The notes under the pieces: generated by a model
The model's input: only the letters and a program-made list of their open reading frames with translations
Told to the model about the DNA's origin: nothing
Databases searched by the model: none
Shown: positions 1-9,782 of the stretch, one piece after another
How the letters are laid out: each line of letters begins with the position of its first letter
How positions within the stretch are numbered: the first letter of the stretch is position 1
Source: Patescibacteria group bacterium
GTDB taxonomy: Bacteria > Patescibacteriota > Patescibacteriia > SG8-24 > DYFX01
Length of the DNA stretch: 64,000 nucleotides
Assembly: GCA_030583805.1 (NCBI GenBank)
Contig: CP129476.1
Location: 818,497-882,496 of the forward strand
Direction of reading: 5' to 3'
Made by a program: the position numbers and the translations under genes

Positions 1-898
1 AACATCCACTTCGTGAGCGGATAGAAGGCTGCGGCCGAAAGACCGCCGGAGATGAGGAGACCCTTGTAGAGGGCGCCCATGATGTTCTGCTTGGCGCCGA
101 GCTTGATGAACAGCGTGCCGACGATACCCGTGATGATCGAAACGGCTCCGATCGCGAGCGGGTACAGTACGGCGGCCGGAACATCGCCGAATACGAGGCT
201 TCCGAGCAACATCGCGGCGATGGCCGTGACGGCGTAGGTCTCGAAGAGGTCGGCAGCCATGCCGGCGCAGTCGCCGACGTTGTCGCCGACGTTGTCAGCG
301 ATGACGGCCGGGTTGCGCGGGTCGTCTTCCGGAATGCCTGCTTCGACTTTGCCGACCAGGTCGGCGCCGACGTCAGCGGCCTTCGTGAAGATGCCGCCGC
401 CCAGACGGGCGAAGACGGAAATCAGCGAACCACCGAAGCCGAGCGAAACGAGCGCGGCGACGTCGCCCGTGAGGGCGTAGAAACCGGTGACGCCAAGAAG
501 CGCGAGGCCGACGACGAGAAGGCCCGTGACGGTGCCTCCCTTTACGGCCATGTCGAGCGCGGCGGCCATGCCGGTTTTGGCGGCTTCAGCCGTACGCACG
601 TTGGCTTTGACCGAAATCATCATGCCGATGTAGCCGGCCGCGGCCGAAAGCACGGCGCCGACCAAGAAACCGGCGGCGGAGGTGGAGCCGAGGGCCCACC
701 AGATGATAAGGGTAAGCGCGGCGGCCACGTATCCCATCGTCTTCGTCTGACGACCGAGATAGGCTTTCGCACCTTCCTGAATGGCAGCGGCGATCGACTG
801 CATTTTGGCGTCGCCGGCGGGCTGCTTCAGGATCCACTTGGCGAGGAAAAGGCCGTAGCCGACGGCTACGAGACCTGCCCCCAAGGCGTACATGAGAA
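1..898 (-). CDS. hppA: Membrane-bound proton/sodium-translocating pyrophosphatase, N-terminal ~299 aa; the C-terminus lies beyond the window start.
   Basis: Minus-strand translation from the ATG at ~898 reads [12 protein letters not shown]... and contains the PPase signature [23 protein letters not shown]. The ORF runs off the window edge, so it is absent from the ORF track. Confidence 0.85.
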
Positions 899-974
899 CA
901 TTGGACATACCGAGTCCCGAAAACTATGAATAAAACAACGGGAGTACTTTATGAAAATAAGCCGAAACTGTCAA

Positions 975-1003
975 TAAAAAAGGCCTGACCGAGGTCAGGC
1001 CGA
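975..1003 (-). terminator. Intrinsic terminator after the antiporter gene.
   Basis: Minus-sense hairpin ggcctgacc-tcg-gtcaggcc followed by ttttttatt. Confidence 0.5.
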
Positions 1004-2380
1004 CGCGCGCGCTTTCTTGGCAATCATGGAAAGCGCGAAGGGTGTGACGAACGTCGTCAGAATGACGACGATCACGATGGTTGCGAACAAGCGGTCGTCC
1101 ACGACCCCGAGTCCACGCCCGATATTGGCGAAGATCAGACCAACTTCGCCACGCGGCACCATGCCGACGCCGACGAGCAGGCGATTCATGCCCTTTCCGG
1201 CGGCGAGGCCAGCAACGAGCTTGCCGAACACGGCGATCGCGGTGATGACGAGCGCGACGCCGACGATCTTCACGTCGCCGAAGACCGACAGGTTGACCTG
1301 GAGTCCGGTGTAGACGAAGAAGATCGGAACGAAGAAGCGCGAGATGTCATCGATGAGGTTCTCGACATGCGCGTGCTCCTCGTGTTCGGCGTGCTCTTCC
1401 ATCTCCTTACGGGCTTCCATCTGCGGATGCGAACTGGCCCAGGCGCGCAGACGCGTGACGATGGCCGGGGGCAGGAAGTCCTTGAAGTGCACCGGGTCGA
1501 GCACGAGGCCGGCCGCGAAGGCGCCGACGATCATCGCGAGGCCCATGAGCGAGGCTACGTAGGCGAAGCCTGCGCAAAAGATGAACGCGATGGCCATCTT
1601 CATGCCGTGCCCCGTATGGACCTTCGAGAACAGGGCGCTGATGCGCGGCGAAAGGAACCGGCCGAGCAGGATCGAGCCGCTCAGGAAGGCGAAAGCCTTC
1701 GCGGAGATGACAAGAATCTGCGTCGGATCCAGGGAACCCGTCTTGATGATCGAACTCACGACCGCGAGGATCATGAGGCCGAGCACGTCGTCGATGACGG
1801 CGGCGCCGAGCACGATTTTGGCCTCCGGCGACTTGGATGTGCCGAGATCTTTGAAGACGCGCGCCGTGATGCCGACGGAGGTGGCCGTCAGCGTCGCGCC
1901 GATGAAGAGATAGACGTTCGTCGAGAGTCCCGGCAAGAGCATCTGGCTTGCGAAGAAGCCCGTAGCGAACGGCACGGCGACGCCGATCAAAGCGACAAAC
2001 AGCGCGTTCTTTCCGACCCTGGCCATCTCGCCGATGTTCGACTCGAGGCCCGCGCGAAAGAGCAGCAAGATGACGCCGATTTCGGCGATGTCTTTCACCA
2101 GCGTTTCATGCTTGAGCGTCTCGATCACGCCGAGGCCCGGCACCCACGCCAGCACGCCGAGGAAAACGCCGAGCAGGAGCTCGCCGAGGACGGCCGGCTG
2201 GCCGACGCGCTCCGCCAGCGCACCGATGCGCGCGAAGAGGAGCATTACGGCCAGGAAGAAGAACAGGAGCGGGAAGGTCCCGCCATGGCCGCCTGCGTCA
2301 CTCGCGGCATGCGCCACGGCAGGGGAAAACGCGGCCAGCGCCGCAACGAGCATCGCAACAACTCGCATCATAACCTCCAC
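995..2380 (-). CDS. Cation:proton antiporter (Na+/H+ exchanger, CPA family) with an N-terminal signal peptide and a His/Glu-rich loop.
   Basis: 461-aa polytopic membrane ORF with Na_H exchanger-like TM repeats and a C-terminal GMVPRGEVGLIFA motif. The internal loop EEHAEHEEHAH is His-rich. Confidence 0.8.
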   Translation of the reverse strand: MEVMMRVVAMLVAALAAFSPAVAHAASDAGGHGGTFPLLFFFLAVMLLFARIGALAERVGQPAVLGELLLGVFLGVLAWVPGLGVIETLKHETLVKDIAEIGVILLLFRAGLESNIGEMARVGKNALFVALIGVAVPFATGFFASQMLLPGLSTNVYLFIGATLTATSVGITARVFKDLGTSKSPEAKIVLGAAVIDDVLGLMILAVVSSIIKTGSLDPTQILVISAKAFAFLSGSILLGRFLSPRISALFSKVHTGHGMKMAIAFIFCAGFAYVASLMGLAMIVGAFAAGLVLDPVHFKDFLPPAIVTRLRAWASSHPQMEARKEMEEHAEHEEHAHVENLIDDISRFFVPIFFVYTGLQVNLSVFGDVKIVGVALVITAIAVFGKLVAGLAAGKGMNRLLVGVGMVPRGEVGLIFANIGRGLGVVDDRLFATIVIVVILTTFVTPFALSMIAKKARASA

Positions 2381-2440
2381 GTGTTAGTACTCAGGTAGAC
2401 GTTGTGTCATTTCGAACCGAGCCTTTATACCCCCGCCGTA

Positions 2441-2478
2441 AAAAAAAGAAAAGACCGGGCAGGCTGCCCGGTCGCTAG
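2441..2478 (-). terminator. Intrinsic terminator downstream of the YceD-like gene.
   Basis: Minus-sense gaccgggcagcctgcccggtc followed by ttttctttttttt. Confidence 0.45.
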
Positions 2479-2498
2479 CGGTATTCGGGAACGCGAGA

Positions 2499-2909
2499 CT
2501 AGTTGAGATGCGCGAGATCGTCGTCGCACGGATCATCGTGGACGTATGCGCCGATCTCGGGGTCGAGCATCGCGGTCTCGTCGGCGTCTTGCGGCACGAC
2601 GTCCCATGGAAGGATCGCGACCTCGTCCGATTCCAGCAGCTCGTCGAGGCCGAGCTCGATGCACAGGAAGCGCTCGCGTTTCTTCCTGTTCAGTCCGCGG
2701 ATTTGTCCAAGACCGATCGTGATCTTGGAGCATTGCAAGGAGGTGCCGGAACCCTCGTCCTTCGCGGCCTCGGTCGGTACGCGATGTGCCGCGACGTCTT
2801 CAGCCGTCGGCAATCTTCCGTAAGCACGGAAGCTGGGCGCAGTGCGGGAGTATGCCTCCTGCTCGCCGTCGTCATCGCGGATGTCGTCCTCTTCATTCGT
2901 GGCTCTCAT
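2499..2909 (-). CDS. DUF177/YceD-like small acidic protein (136 aa).
   Basis: Uses an internal Met of the 241-aa ORF. The acidic C-terminus with Cys pairs (LCIELGLDELLESDEVAILPWDVVPQ) resembles the YceD motif EDEIILALPVVPVH. Confidence 0.5.
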   Translation of the reverse strand: MRATNEEDDIRDDDGEQEAYSRTAPSFRAYGRLPTAEDVAAHRVPTEAAKDEGSGTSLQCSKITIGLGQIRGLNRKKRERFLCIELGLDELLESDEVAILPWDVVPQDADETAMLDPEIGAYVHDDPCDDDLAHLN

Positions 2910-3003
2910 CAACCGTATCCTTTCGGAAGTGTGGTCTGCGCAAGCCCTCACACAAGGGTGGAGATTAACATCGAAACGAGTTGGTGTCAATATAGAAACA
3001 CTA

Positions 3004-3623
3004 TGGCTCCCGTGCAGTTGCCAACCTTCAAAGAAGAGCGCGCGCTTCTCGCGCAAGGCTTTTCGATCGTCGCTGGCGTCGATGAAGCGGGTTGCGGCTG
3101 CTGGGCGGGTCCGGTGTACGCGGCCGCCGTCATTCTTCCCTTTGATTCCCGCATCGGCCTGATTCGCGACTCGAAAACGCTCTCGCTCGAACAACGGACG
3201 CGCGTCGCGGAAGACATCAAGCAAGAGGCGATGGCGTGGGCCGTCGGCACGGCTTCCCCGGAAGAAATCGATCAGCTCAATATCCGCGTCGCCGGAGCGC
3301 TGGCTATGCGCCGCGCGATCGAAAGCCTTTCGACGCCCCCGCAGTTCGTGCTGACGGACGCGTTCCGCATCCCGAATCTGCCCATGCCGCAGAAGGCCGT
3401 CATCCGCGGAGACCTCACCATCAAGTCCGTCGCCGCCGCGTCGGTCATCGCGAAAGTTTCACGCGACCTCGAAATGGAACGGCTCGACGCGCTTCATCCC
3501 GGATACGGCTTCGCGCGCCATAAAGGGTATGGAACAAAGGAGCACCAGGCGGCTCTGCAAGCGCATGGAGTAAGCACGATTCATCGGAGGAGCTACGCAC
3601 CGATCAAAAGACTGCTCGTTTAA
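3004..3623 (+). CDS. rnhB: Ribonuclease HII.
   Basis: Starts at MAPVQLPTF inside the longer 2508..3623 ORF. Contains the GVDEAG...AGPV catalytic motif; the 5' extension of the ORF is antisense to the YceD-like gene. Confidence 0.9.
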
Positions 3624-3625
3624 GC

Positions 3626-3650
3626 CGGCCTCCGCCGGCTTTTTGTTCCT
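3626..3650 (+). terminator. Intrinsic terminator after rnhB.
   Basis: gccggcctccgccggc followed by tttttgtt. Confidence 0.5.
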
Positions 3651-3748
3651 TGACGCACCCCCGGTGAAGACCTACCCTGGATACATCGACTGCAACGGCT
3701 GTGCTGGAATAGAAAAGGCTAATTGTAGAGAAAAAACGGCGTTTTCCA

Positions 3749-5116
3749 ATGCCAACTCCCCTTAAAAAGTACTTCGTCAAATTCCTGCTTTTTTTGCTGG
3801 TAGGAGCGAAAGCTGTCGGCCGGGTTCTTTTCGTTATTTTAAAGGTCATGGCCGTACCGTTCGTCTTTCTCTGGAAGGTCTTTTTGCGTCGCGCGGCCTT
3901 CTTGGCGTACCAAGCGCTCCTGCGGCTCAAGATTTCGGCGACAACGTTCCTCCCTCCGATGCGCAGGACATTCTTCGCCATTTTCGGCCATCGGTACGTC
4001 GTGCACGCGGTCGTCGCCGTGATCGCCGTTTTCGTTTCGACGAGCAATATTTACGCGCATAGCGCCAGCACGGATGCCGGGCAAGAAGTGAAGCAGGCCA
4101 TGTTCTTCGACCTCTTCAACGTGTCGACGGACGAATACATCAGTCCGGATTCAAACGACGTAAACGCGGAGTCCCAGCTGAACATGGTTTTGGACGGATC
4201 CGCGACTTCTACGCCGATCGCGTTCGCCGTACCTGAACGGATGCCGCCTTCGACATACGATCAAAGCGGCGTCGCGGTGCCGGGTTTGATCGGCGGTACG
4301 GACGAGCCCGTCGCGCCCGAGGACGAGCAGCTCGCGATCTCGAAGCCGAGCATCTACGTCGTTCAGCAGGGCGACACGGTCAGCAGTATCGCGCAGCGCT
4401 ACGGCGTCAGCGTCAACACGATTCTTTGGGCCAACAACCTTACGGCCCGTTCCGTTCTTCGCCTCGGGCAAAAACTGACCATTCTGCCGGTCACGGGCGT
4501 TCTCCATACGGTGAAACGGGGTGAGACGCTTGGAGGCATCGCCAAACAATACGGTTCGGACGTGGAGAGGATTCTCGCGGTGAACCGCGTGTCTTCGCCG
4601 TCGCAAATCCAGATCGGAGAAGAACTTGTCATCCCCGAAGGCCGCCCGCCGGTCGTCGCCCGCGCGCCTGCGCCGGCCGCGCCTCCGCGCCTTGGCGACG
4701 TGCGTGACGTCTTCAAGCCGCCGGTGGAAGCTCCGCCGAATCAAGTTGCGGATGGCGTCGACCTGGTCTGGCCCACGGATCAAAAGCGCATCAACCAATA
4801 CTTCAAGGCCAGGCACTCCGGTCTCGACATCAACGGCACGCTATCGAACGCGGTCTACTCCGTCGATGCGGGCATCGTGACCTTCTCGGGATGGAATTCG
4901 GGAGGCTACGGGAACATGATCCTGGTCGACCACGGCAACGGCATGATCACGCGCTACGCGCACCATAGTAAACTGTTCGTGAAGGTCGGCGATCAAGTGA
5001 CGAAGGGGCAGACGATCGGCATGGTCGGTTCGACAGGCCGATCGACCGGTCCGCATCTCCACTTCGAGCTGTACGTGAACGGCAGGCGCGTCAATCCGCT
5101 TACCTACTATAAGTAA
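3749..5116 (+). CDS. Membrane-anchored peptidoglycan peptidase with two LysM domains and a C-terminal M23 (LytM) domain.
   Basis: Two LysM repeats (YVVQQGDTVSSIAQRYGVSVNTILWANN; HTVKRGETLGGIAKQYGSDVERILAVN) followed by an M23 motif (HSGLDI...HLHFELYVNGRRVNP). Confidence 0.85.
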   Translation: MPTPLKKYFVKFLLFLLVGAKAVGRVLFVILKVMAVPFVFLWKVFLRRAAFLAYQALLRLKISATTFLPPMRRTFFAIFGHRYVVHAVVAVIAVFVSTSNIYAHSASTDAGQEVKQAMFFDLFNVSTDEYISPDSNDVNAESQLNMVLDGSATSTPIAFAVPERMPPSTYDQSGVAVPGLIGGTDEPVAPEDEQLAISKPSIYVVQQGDTVSSIAQRYGVSVNTILWANNLTARSVLRLGQKLTILPVTGVLHTVKRGETLGGIAKQYGSDVERILAVNRVSSPSQIQIGEELVIPEGRPPVVARAPAPAAPPRLGDVRDVFKPPVEAPPNQVADGVDLVWPTDQKRINQYFKARHSGLDINGTLSNAVYSVDAGIVTFSGWNSGGYGNMILVDHGNGMITRYAHHSKLFVKVGDQVTKGQTIGMVGSTGRSTGPHLHFELYVNGRRVNPLTYYK

Positions 5117-5121
5117 CGTCT

Positions 5122-5532
5122 ATGTTTGATTCTCAGTCGATCGGCATTTCGCCCTGGATCGCATTCGGCATCTTCCACATCATCATGGCCTTCGCCTTGT
5201 GGAGGATGGCGGAGCGCACGAAAGAGGAACCCAAGTGGTTCGCGCTCATGCCGGTGCTGAACATGGTGATGCTCCTCAAGATCGCGAAAAAACCGATGTG
5301 GTGGCTGATCTTGTTCCTCATTCCGATCGCGAACATCTTCGCGCTCGTTCTCGCCACGATGGCGCTTTGCGAACGGTTCGGTATCGAAAAGTGGTGGGGA
5401 TTCGTCGCGATCATCTCGCCGCTCAACCTGATTCTCTACATCTACCTGGCCTACGGTACGGATGCCGACCCGATGGCCCCTAAACCGGCCGCGCCCGCAT
5501 CGATCCTGCCGCCCACGACGCCCAAGGTATGA
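5122..5532 (+). CDS. Small polytopic membrane protein (DUF5684-like).
   Basis: 136-aa ORF with 3-4 predicted TM helices and a Pro/Ala-rich C-terminal tail. Confidence 0.55.
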   Translation: MFDSQSIGISPWIAFGIFHIIMAFALWRMAERTKEEPKWFALMPVLNMVMLLKIAKKPMWWLILFLIPIANIFALVLATMALCERFGIEKWWGFVAIISPLNLILYIYLAYGTDADPMAPKPAAPASILPPTTPKV

Positions 5533-5620
5533 CGACGAACCCCGCTCCCATGAGCGGGGTTTTCATTTCTACGCACGCCTGTTACCGTGGCCTGCAGCAC
5601 CTTCGCGAAAGGAATGTTCG

Positions 5621-6025
5621 ATGACCTACCCGCCCCAAGACGCGTACCGTGAAGCGAACCAAGGCTTCAGCAAGTTCGTAGTCATGCTCCTCACGATCGG
5701 GGCGCTCACCGCGCTCGCGCTGGCGGTCACTCGCTACGCGCCCGCTCAGGACGCCGGCGACCTCGCCCTGAAGCTCGCTGTTACCGGCTTCGTGGGATGG
5801 CTCCTGGCGCTCGTCGCCAGCGTCTACACCTGCAAGAGCGGCGGCAGCGGCAATCTCGGACTCGCAGTCGTCTTCCTGTTCCTGCATATCGGCGCGATCA
5901 TCATGTGTCTGGTGTTCGTCTCGAACGCGGGAACAAGCGGAGGCGTGGCCATGGTTCACCAGGTCTTCCAATGGATCCTGATGGGCTTTCAAGCGTTCTT
6001 CCTGCTCCTCGTCACCTACAACTGA
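5621..6025 (+). CDS. Hypothetical polytopic membrane protein.
   Basis: Internal ATG (MTYPPQDAYREAN...) of ORF 5462..6025; 4 TM segments. The N-terminal extension of the ORF is Arg/Pro-rich and was rejected. Confidence 0.5.
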   Translation: MTYPPQDAYREANQGFSKFVVMLLTIGALTALALAVTRYAPAQDAGDLALKLAVTGFVGWLLALVASVYTCKSGGSGNLGLAVVFLFLHIGAIIMCLVFVSNAGTSGGVAMVHQVFQWILMGFQAFFLLLVTYN

Positions 6026-6060
6026 CCGTCCTCGATCCCGCCGCTCTCGCTGCGGGATTT

Positions 6061-7578
6061 TTATTCCTGCTTCGGCCGGTATTGCAGCGCTTCGCCGACG
6101 TCCGGCGTTTCGATCCGTTCGCGGTCCGCCAAGTCGGCGATCGTGCGCGCGACTTTGAGACAGCGATGGATGGCGCGCGGGGAAAGGTGAAGCGTCTTGG
6201 ATGCGGCGAGCAGCATCGCCTCGGCCTCGCGCGGTATGGCGCAAACGTTTTTTAAATCGCGTCCGCGGATGTCGGCGTTCGTGATCGCTCCGAAGGCCGC
6301 GTTGCGTTCCGCTTGCCGCACGCGCGCCGCGCTGACGCGTTCGCGGACGATCGAAGACGTTTCGGCTTCGCCGGCCGCCGATAATTTTTCATACGGCGTG
6401 CGCGGCACCTCGACGTACAGGTCGATGCGGTCGAGCAGCGGCCCGGAAATTTTCTTGCGATAGCGTTCGAGCGACGACGGCGTGCACACGCAGGCACGTT
6501 CCGGATCGCCAAAGAATCCGCATGGGCAAGGGTTTCGCGCGGCCACGAGCATGAATGAAGCCGGGAATTCCAAGCTGCCCGAAGCGCGGCTGACCGTGAC
6601 GCGCCGGTCTTCGAGCGGCTGGCGCAAGCCTTCAAGCACCGGCCGCGGGAACTCCGGGAACTCGTCGAGAAACAGCACTCCGCGATGCGCCAGCGTGACT
6701 TCGCCGGGGTGCGGATTCGTGCCGCCGCCGATCACGGCTGCCGTGCTGGCGGTGTGGTGAGGCGCTCTCCAAGGACGCGCCTGCAAAAGAGGTGAGGAAC
6801 GCGGCAGCAGGTGCGCGACGCTGTGAATGCGCGTCGCTTCGAGGGCTTCTTCATACGTCATCCGCGGCAGGATCGAGGGAATGGAGCGCGCCAACAGCGT
6901 TTTGCCGGCGCCCGGACTGCCCGACAAGAGAATATTGTGTCCGCCCGCGGCAGCGATTTCCAACGCGCGTTTCGCTTGCTCCAAGCCCGCGATCGCGGCG
7001 AAGTCGTAACCGCTCTCCGCGGACTCCCATGCCGCAGGAGCCGTGGCCGGCTGCGGCTCCAACAGCTTCTCGCCGCGCAGATGGTCGGCCAGCATCGAAA
7101 GCGTCGGGACGCCGAAGACTTCGAGGCCGGGTACCAAGGCGGCCTCGCTCGCGTTCTCCTTTGGCACGAACACGCGGTTGGTGCCGAGCTTTTTTGCGAG
7201 CAGCGCCGACGCCAAGACGCCCGCGACCGGCCGGAGCGAACCGTCCAGCGCGAGCTCGCCGAGAAACAGCGCGCCACGCACGCTCTCGTAGCTCAATTCG
7301 CCCGAGCCGACCATGATGGATACCGCGATCGGCAGATCGTACGACGGCCCGGCTTTTCGCACGTCGGCAGGAGCCAAGTTCACGGTCAGGCGCGTACGCG
7401 GAAAAGAAAAACCGCTGTTCTTCAGCGCGGTCTTTACGCGGTCGCGCGCTTCTTGCACGGCGGCGTCCGGCAGGCCGACGATCACGAAGGCCGGCAAGCC
7501 ATTGGCCACGTCGGACTCGATCTCGATCGGCGCGGCATCGACGCCGATCAGGGCGGCGGAAAGGATGTTGGCAGACAT
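6061..7578 (-). CDS. comM: YifB/ComM family Mg-chelatase-like AAA+ ATPase.
   Basis: Lon-like N-terminal domain, Walker A GSPGAGKT and a C-terminal ChlI-like region. Start assigned to MSANILSAALIGVD (an internal Met of the 528-aa ORF). Confidence 0.85.
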   Translation of the reverse strand: MSANILSAALIGVDAAPIEIESDVANGLPAFVIVGLPDAAVQEARDRVKTALKNSGFSFPRTRLTVNLAPADVRKAGPSYDLPIAVSIMVGSGELSYESVRGALFLGELALDGSLRPVAGVLASALLAKKLGTNRVFVPKENASEAALVPGLEVFGVPTLSMLADHLRGEKLLEPQPATAPAAWESAESGYDFAAIAGLEQAKRALEIAAAGGHNILLSGSPGAGKTLLARSIPSILPRMTYEEALEATRIHSVAHLLPRSSPLLQARPWRAPHHTASTAAVIGGGTNPHPGEVTLAHRGVLFLDEFPEFPRPVLEGLRQPLEDRRVTVSRASGSLEFPASFMLVAARNPCPCGFFGDPERACVCTPSSLERYRKKISGPLLDRIDLYVEVPRTPYEKLSAAGEAETSSIVRERVSAARVRQAERNAAFGAITNADIRGRDLKNVCAIPREAEAMLLAASKTLHLSPRAIHRCLKVARTIADLADRERIETPDVGEALQYRPKQE

Positions 7579-7622
7579 ATGCTCGCGGCCTACCAAAAAC
7601 CCCTTGCGGCATGCAAGGGGTT

Positions 7623-8258
7623 TCAGTCGTGCGGGTTGTAGAGCCACTCGGCCGTTTTGCTTTTCGCGATATCGCCCGGAGTGATGAATTCCATCTGGTA
7701 CAGGAAGTTGGTGCCGGCGTTTTCCTTGAACATGACGCGATCGCGTTTCTCAGGCGCGACGCCCAGGTAGAATGCGCGTTGCGTGAAGCTTGAACAGACG
7801 AAGTTGTCGATGTTGATGATGCGCTGCGCGATCATGTCGCGCACCTTCACGTTCGCGAGTTTGAGCACGATGCGGTTCAGCATGTAGCCGAACAGCCGCG
7901 TGTAGTCGTACGGCGTATCGATTTTATCGAGGAAAAAACCGAGAATGCGTTCGCGCTCTTCATCGGTAATGCCCGGAACGCGCTTCACGCCGATGTCGAA
8001 ATCCTTCTCGTTCAGATAGGAGTGGAGCCGGTGGATTTCGATGCCCTTGTCGAGCGCTTCCACGATCAGGACCTCGGGTTCCTGATCTTTCTGGCGGATG
8101 ACTTCAAAGACCAAGGCGCTGTGATTCCAGTACGAATGGCTCATCTTCCGAATGCCCCTGAGCAGCCAGTTCGCGTGCTTGGTGCGCGTCATGATGATAT
8201 CGGCGACGCGCAGATTGCGGATCGCTTCGCTGCGGTCGGTGTACCGGGCCGCGTCCAT
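7623..8258 (-). CDS. YaeF/YiiX-like permuted papain-fold amidase (NlpC/P60 superfamily), paralog 1.
   Basis: His motif SHSYWNHSALVF upstream of Cys motif NFVCSSFTQRAF, i.e. the permuted His-before-Cys order. Start at MDAARYTD. Confidence 0.6.
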   Translation of the reverse strand: MDAARYTDRSEAIRNLRVADIIMTRTKHANWLLRGIRKMSHSYWNHSALVFEVIRQKDQEPEVLIVEALDKGIEIHRLHSYLNEKDFDIGVKRVPGITDEERERILGFFLDKIDTPYDYTRLFGYMLNRIVLKLANVKVRDMIAQRIINIDNFVCSSFTQRAFYLGVAPEKRDRVMFKENAGTNFLYQMEFITPGDIAKSKTAEWLYNPHD

Positions 8259-8259
8259 A

Positions 8260-8931
8260 TCAATGGCGGTTCCAGATCCACTCGCAGGCGTCGCTCTTCG
8301 CGATGTCGGCCGGGGACACGAGTTCTTGCAGTTCGATCGGAGAATCGCCCAGATCGCGGAACGCAAACATGTGGCGCCGTTCCCAAGGAGCGGCATTCCA
8401 ATACGCTTTCTGGATCAATCCGCTGCAGGTGAAGCGCTGGCGCTTGAGGACGAACTTGCGAATCGTGCGCGAGATGGAAGCAAGCGCCAGGTCGGCGAGC
8501 GGCAGGCGGTAATACGGCGCATCGACGTTCATGAGCGTGAACGCGCGGACGTGGTCGCGCAACTCGTTGCTGACATTCATGCAGCGTTTCACGCCGACGT
8601 CATAGCGATCGGGATCATTGAGATATCGATCCATCTTGTGCACCTCGACGCCGCGCCGCCAGGCATCAAACGCCTGATACTGGATCGCTTCTGCGATGAT
8701 GTTGCTCGAGTAACCCTTTTCCGGATTCTTCGTGAAGATGATGAGCGCGGTGTGATCCCAATAGCTCTCGGTCACCTTGCGCAAAAACTTTCGCACAAGC
8801 GACTTCTTATGCCTGATCATCACGATATCTCCGATCATGAGCTGCGGCAGCGGTCCGTGAATGCGCTCAAGCGCGCTCAGGTGTTGCGTGTCGTCCACCG
8901 TGCCGTGCCCGCGCACTTCATGCTTATGCAT
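8260..8931 (-). CDS. YaeF/YiiX-like permuted papain-fold amidase, paralog 2.
   Basis: TESYWDHTALIIF ... RFTCSGLIQKAYW. Its stop lies 1 nt from the start of paralog 1. Confidence 0.6.
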   Translation of the reverse strand: MHKHEVRGHGTVDDTQHLSALERIHGPLPQLMIGDIVMIRHKKSLVRKFLRKVTESYWDHTALIIFTKNPEKGYSSNIIAEAIQYQAFDAWRRGVEVHKMDRYLNDPDRYDVGVKRCMNVSNELRDHVRAFTLMNVDAPYYRLPLADLALASISRTIRKFVLKRQRFTCSGLIQKAYWNAAPWERRHMFAFRDLGDSPIELQELVSPADIAKSDACEWIWNRH

Positions 8932-8972
8932 AGGTCTGCTACTGTATTTCCATTGAAGTATACCAGTCCCGT

Positions 8973-9380
8973 ATGCCGAAGTCTCGTTCCGCCAAGCACG
9001 TTATGATGACATCAAAGAGCCGGGGCGCTTCCGGAGGCCTGCCGCTCGTTTGGCTCACGCACCTTCCGATGCCCTGTTTCGTCTTGGATAAAGACGCCCG
9101 TTTCGCCTACGTCAACGAGGCTTTTACCAAGCTGAGCGGATATCGGGAAAAGGAACTGCGCAAGCTGCGCTTCGATACGCTGTTTGCCCGCGCCGGCTCG
9201 CGCCGCGGCCTCGACACCCTGCTCGATTTGTACCAGGGTCGATCGGTCGCCTCGGCGCCACACGGCCTGATCCGCAAGAACAACAAAGAAACGAACGTTC
9301 TGCTCGATGCGATGCCGGCCTACGAAGGTGGCTCAAAAAAAGTAACGCACGTCTTCGGCTTCCTGGTCACGCAAGCCTAG
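8973..9380 (+). CDS. Stand-alone PAS-domain protein.
   Basis: PAS-like core FVLDKDARFAYVNEAFTKLSGYREKEL ... no output domain. Confidence 0.45.
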   Translation: MPKSRSAKHVMMTSKSRGASGGLPLVWLTHLPMPCFVLDKDARFAYVNEAFTKLSGYREKELRKLRFDTLFARAGSRRGLDTLLDLYQGRSVASAPHGLIRKNNKETNVLLDAMPAYEGGSKKVTHVFGFLVTQA

Positions 9381-9409
9381 CGCAAGAAAAAAACGGGGGG
9401 TACCCCGTT

Positions 9410-9778
9410 TTACGTTTCCGACGCTGTTTTCAGCTGGTTCAAGGCTGCATCCCACCCGGAAAGCGCTTCGGTAAACGCCTTGTCGCTTTGCGGCTCCGCG
9501 AAACTTTCACGCGCCACGAGGATCGTCATGCCGTTGTGTTCCCGCAATTCGTAGGTGATGACGGAAGAAAGCGCGAAAATGCCTTCGTCCGTTTTGCGGA
9601 GCAGATTATGCTTCAAGAGTTTTTCGGGCTCCAGCTTCAAGATTTTCCCGTCGGCGCCGCGACCCTGAATCGAGGCGTCGACTTCCCACGAAGAAGCGTA
9701 TCCCGCCTGAAGAGCCTTCCACACACGTGAAGCCGGCGCTTGGATGTCGATCGTTTTTTCCAAAAAGAGGTTAGGCAT
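9410..9778 (-). CDS. SRPBCC/AHSA1-like (activator of Hsp90 ATPase homolog / polyketide-cyclase fold) protein.
   Basis: 122 aa; the pattern IDIQAPASRVWKAL ... W ... is typical of the SRPBCC superfamily. Confidence 0.5.
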   Translation of the reverse strand: MPNLFLEKTIDIQAPASRVWKALQAGYASSWEVDASIQGRGADGKILKLEPEKLLKHNLLRKTDEGIFALSSVITYELREHNGMTILVARESFAEPQSDKAFTEALSGWDAALNQLKTASET

Positions 9779-9782
9779 ATGA

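Noticed and set aside
1367-2398. 343-aa plus-strand ORF rich in R/D/E/H.
   Set aside because: Fully antisense to the well-supported antiporter gene. The low-complexity charged composition is typical of spurious ORFs in high-GC DNA.
2508-3623. Long 371-aa form of RNase HII.
   Set aside because: The N-terminal 165 aa are antisense to the YceD-like gene and lack coding character. The true start is MAPVQLPTF at 3004.
6061-7647. N-terminal 23-aa extension of ComM (MALQPARLKPLACRKG...).
   Set aside because: ComM/YifB homologs begin at the MSANIL-type N-terminus. The extension overlaps the neighbouring gene's 3' end.
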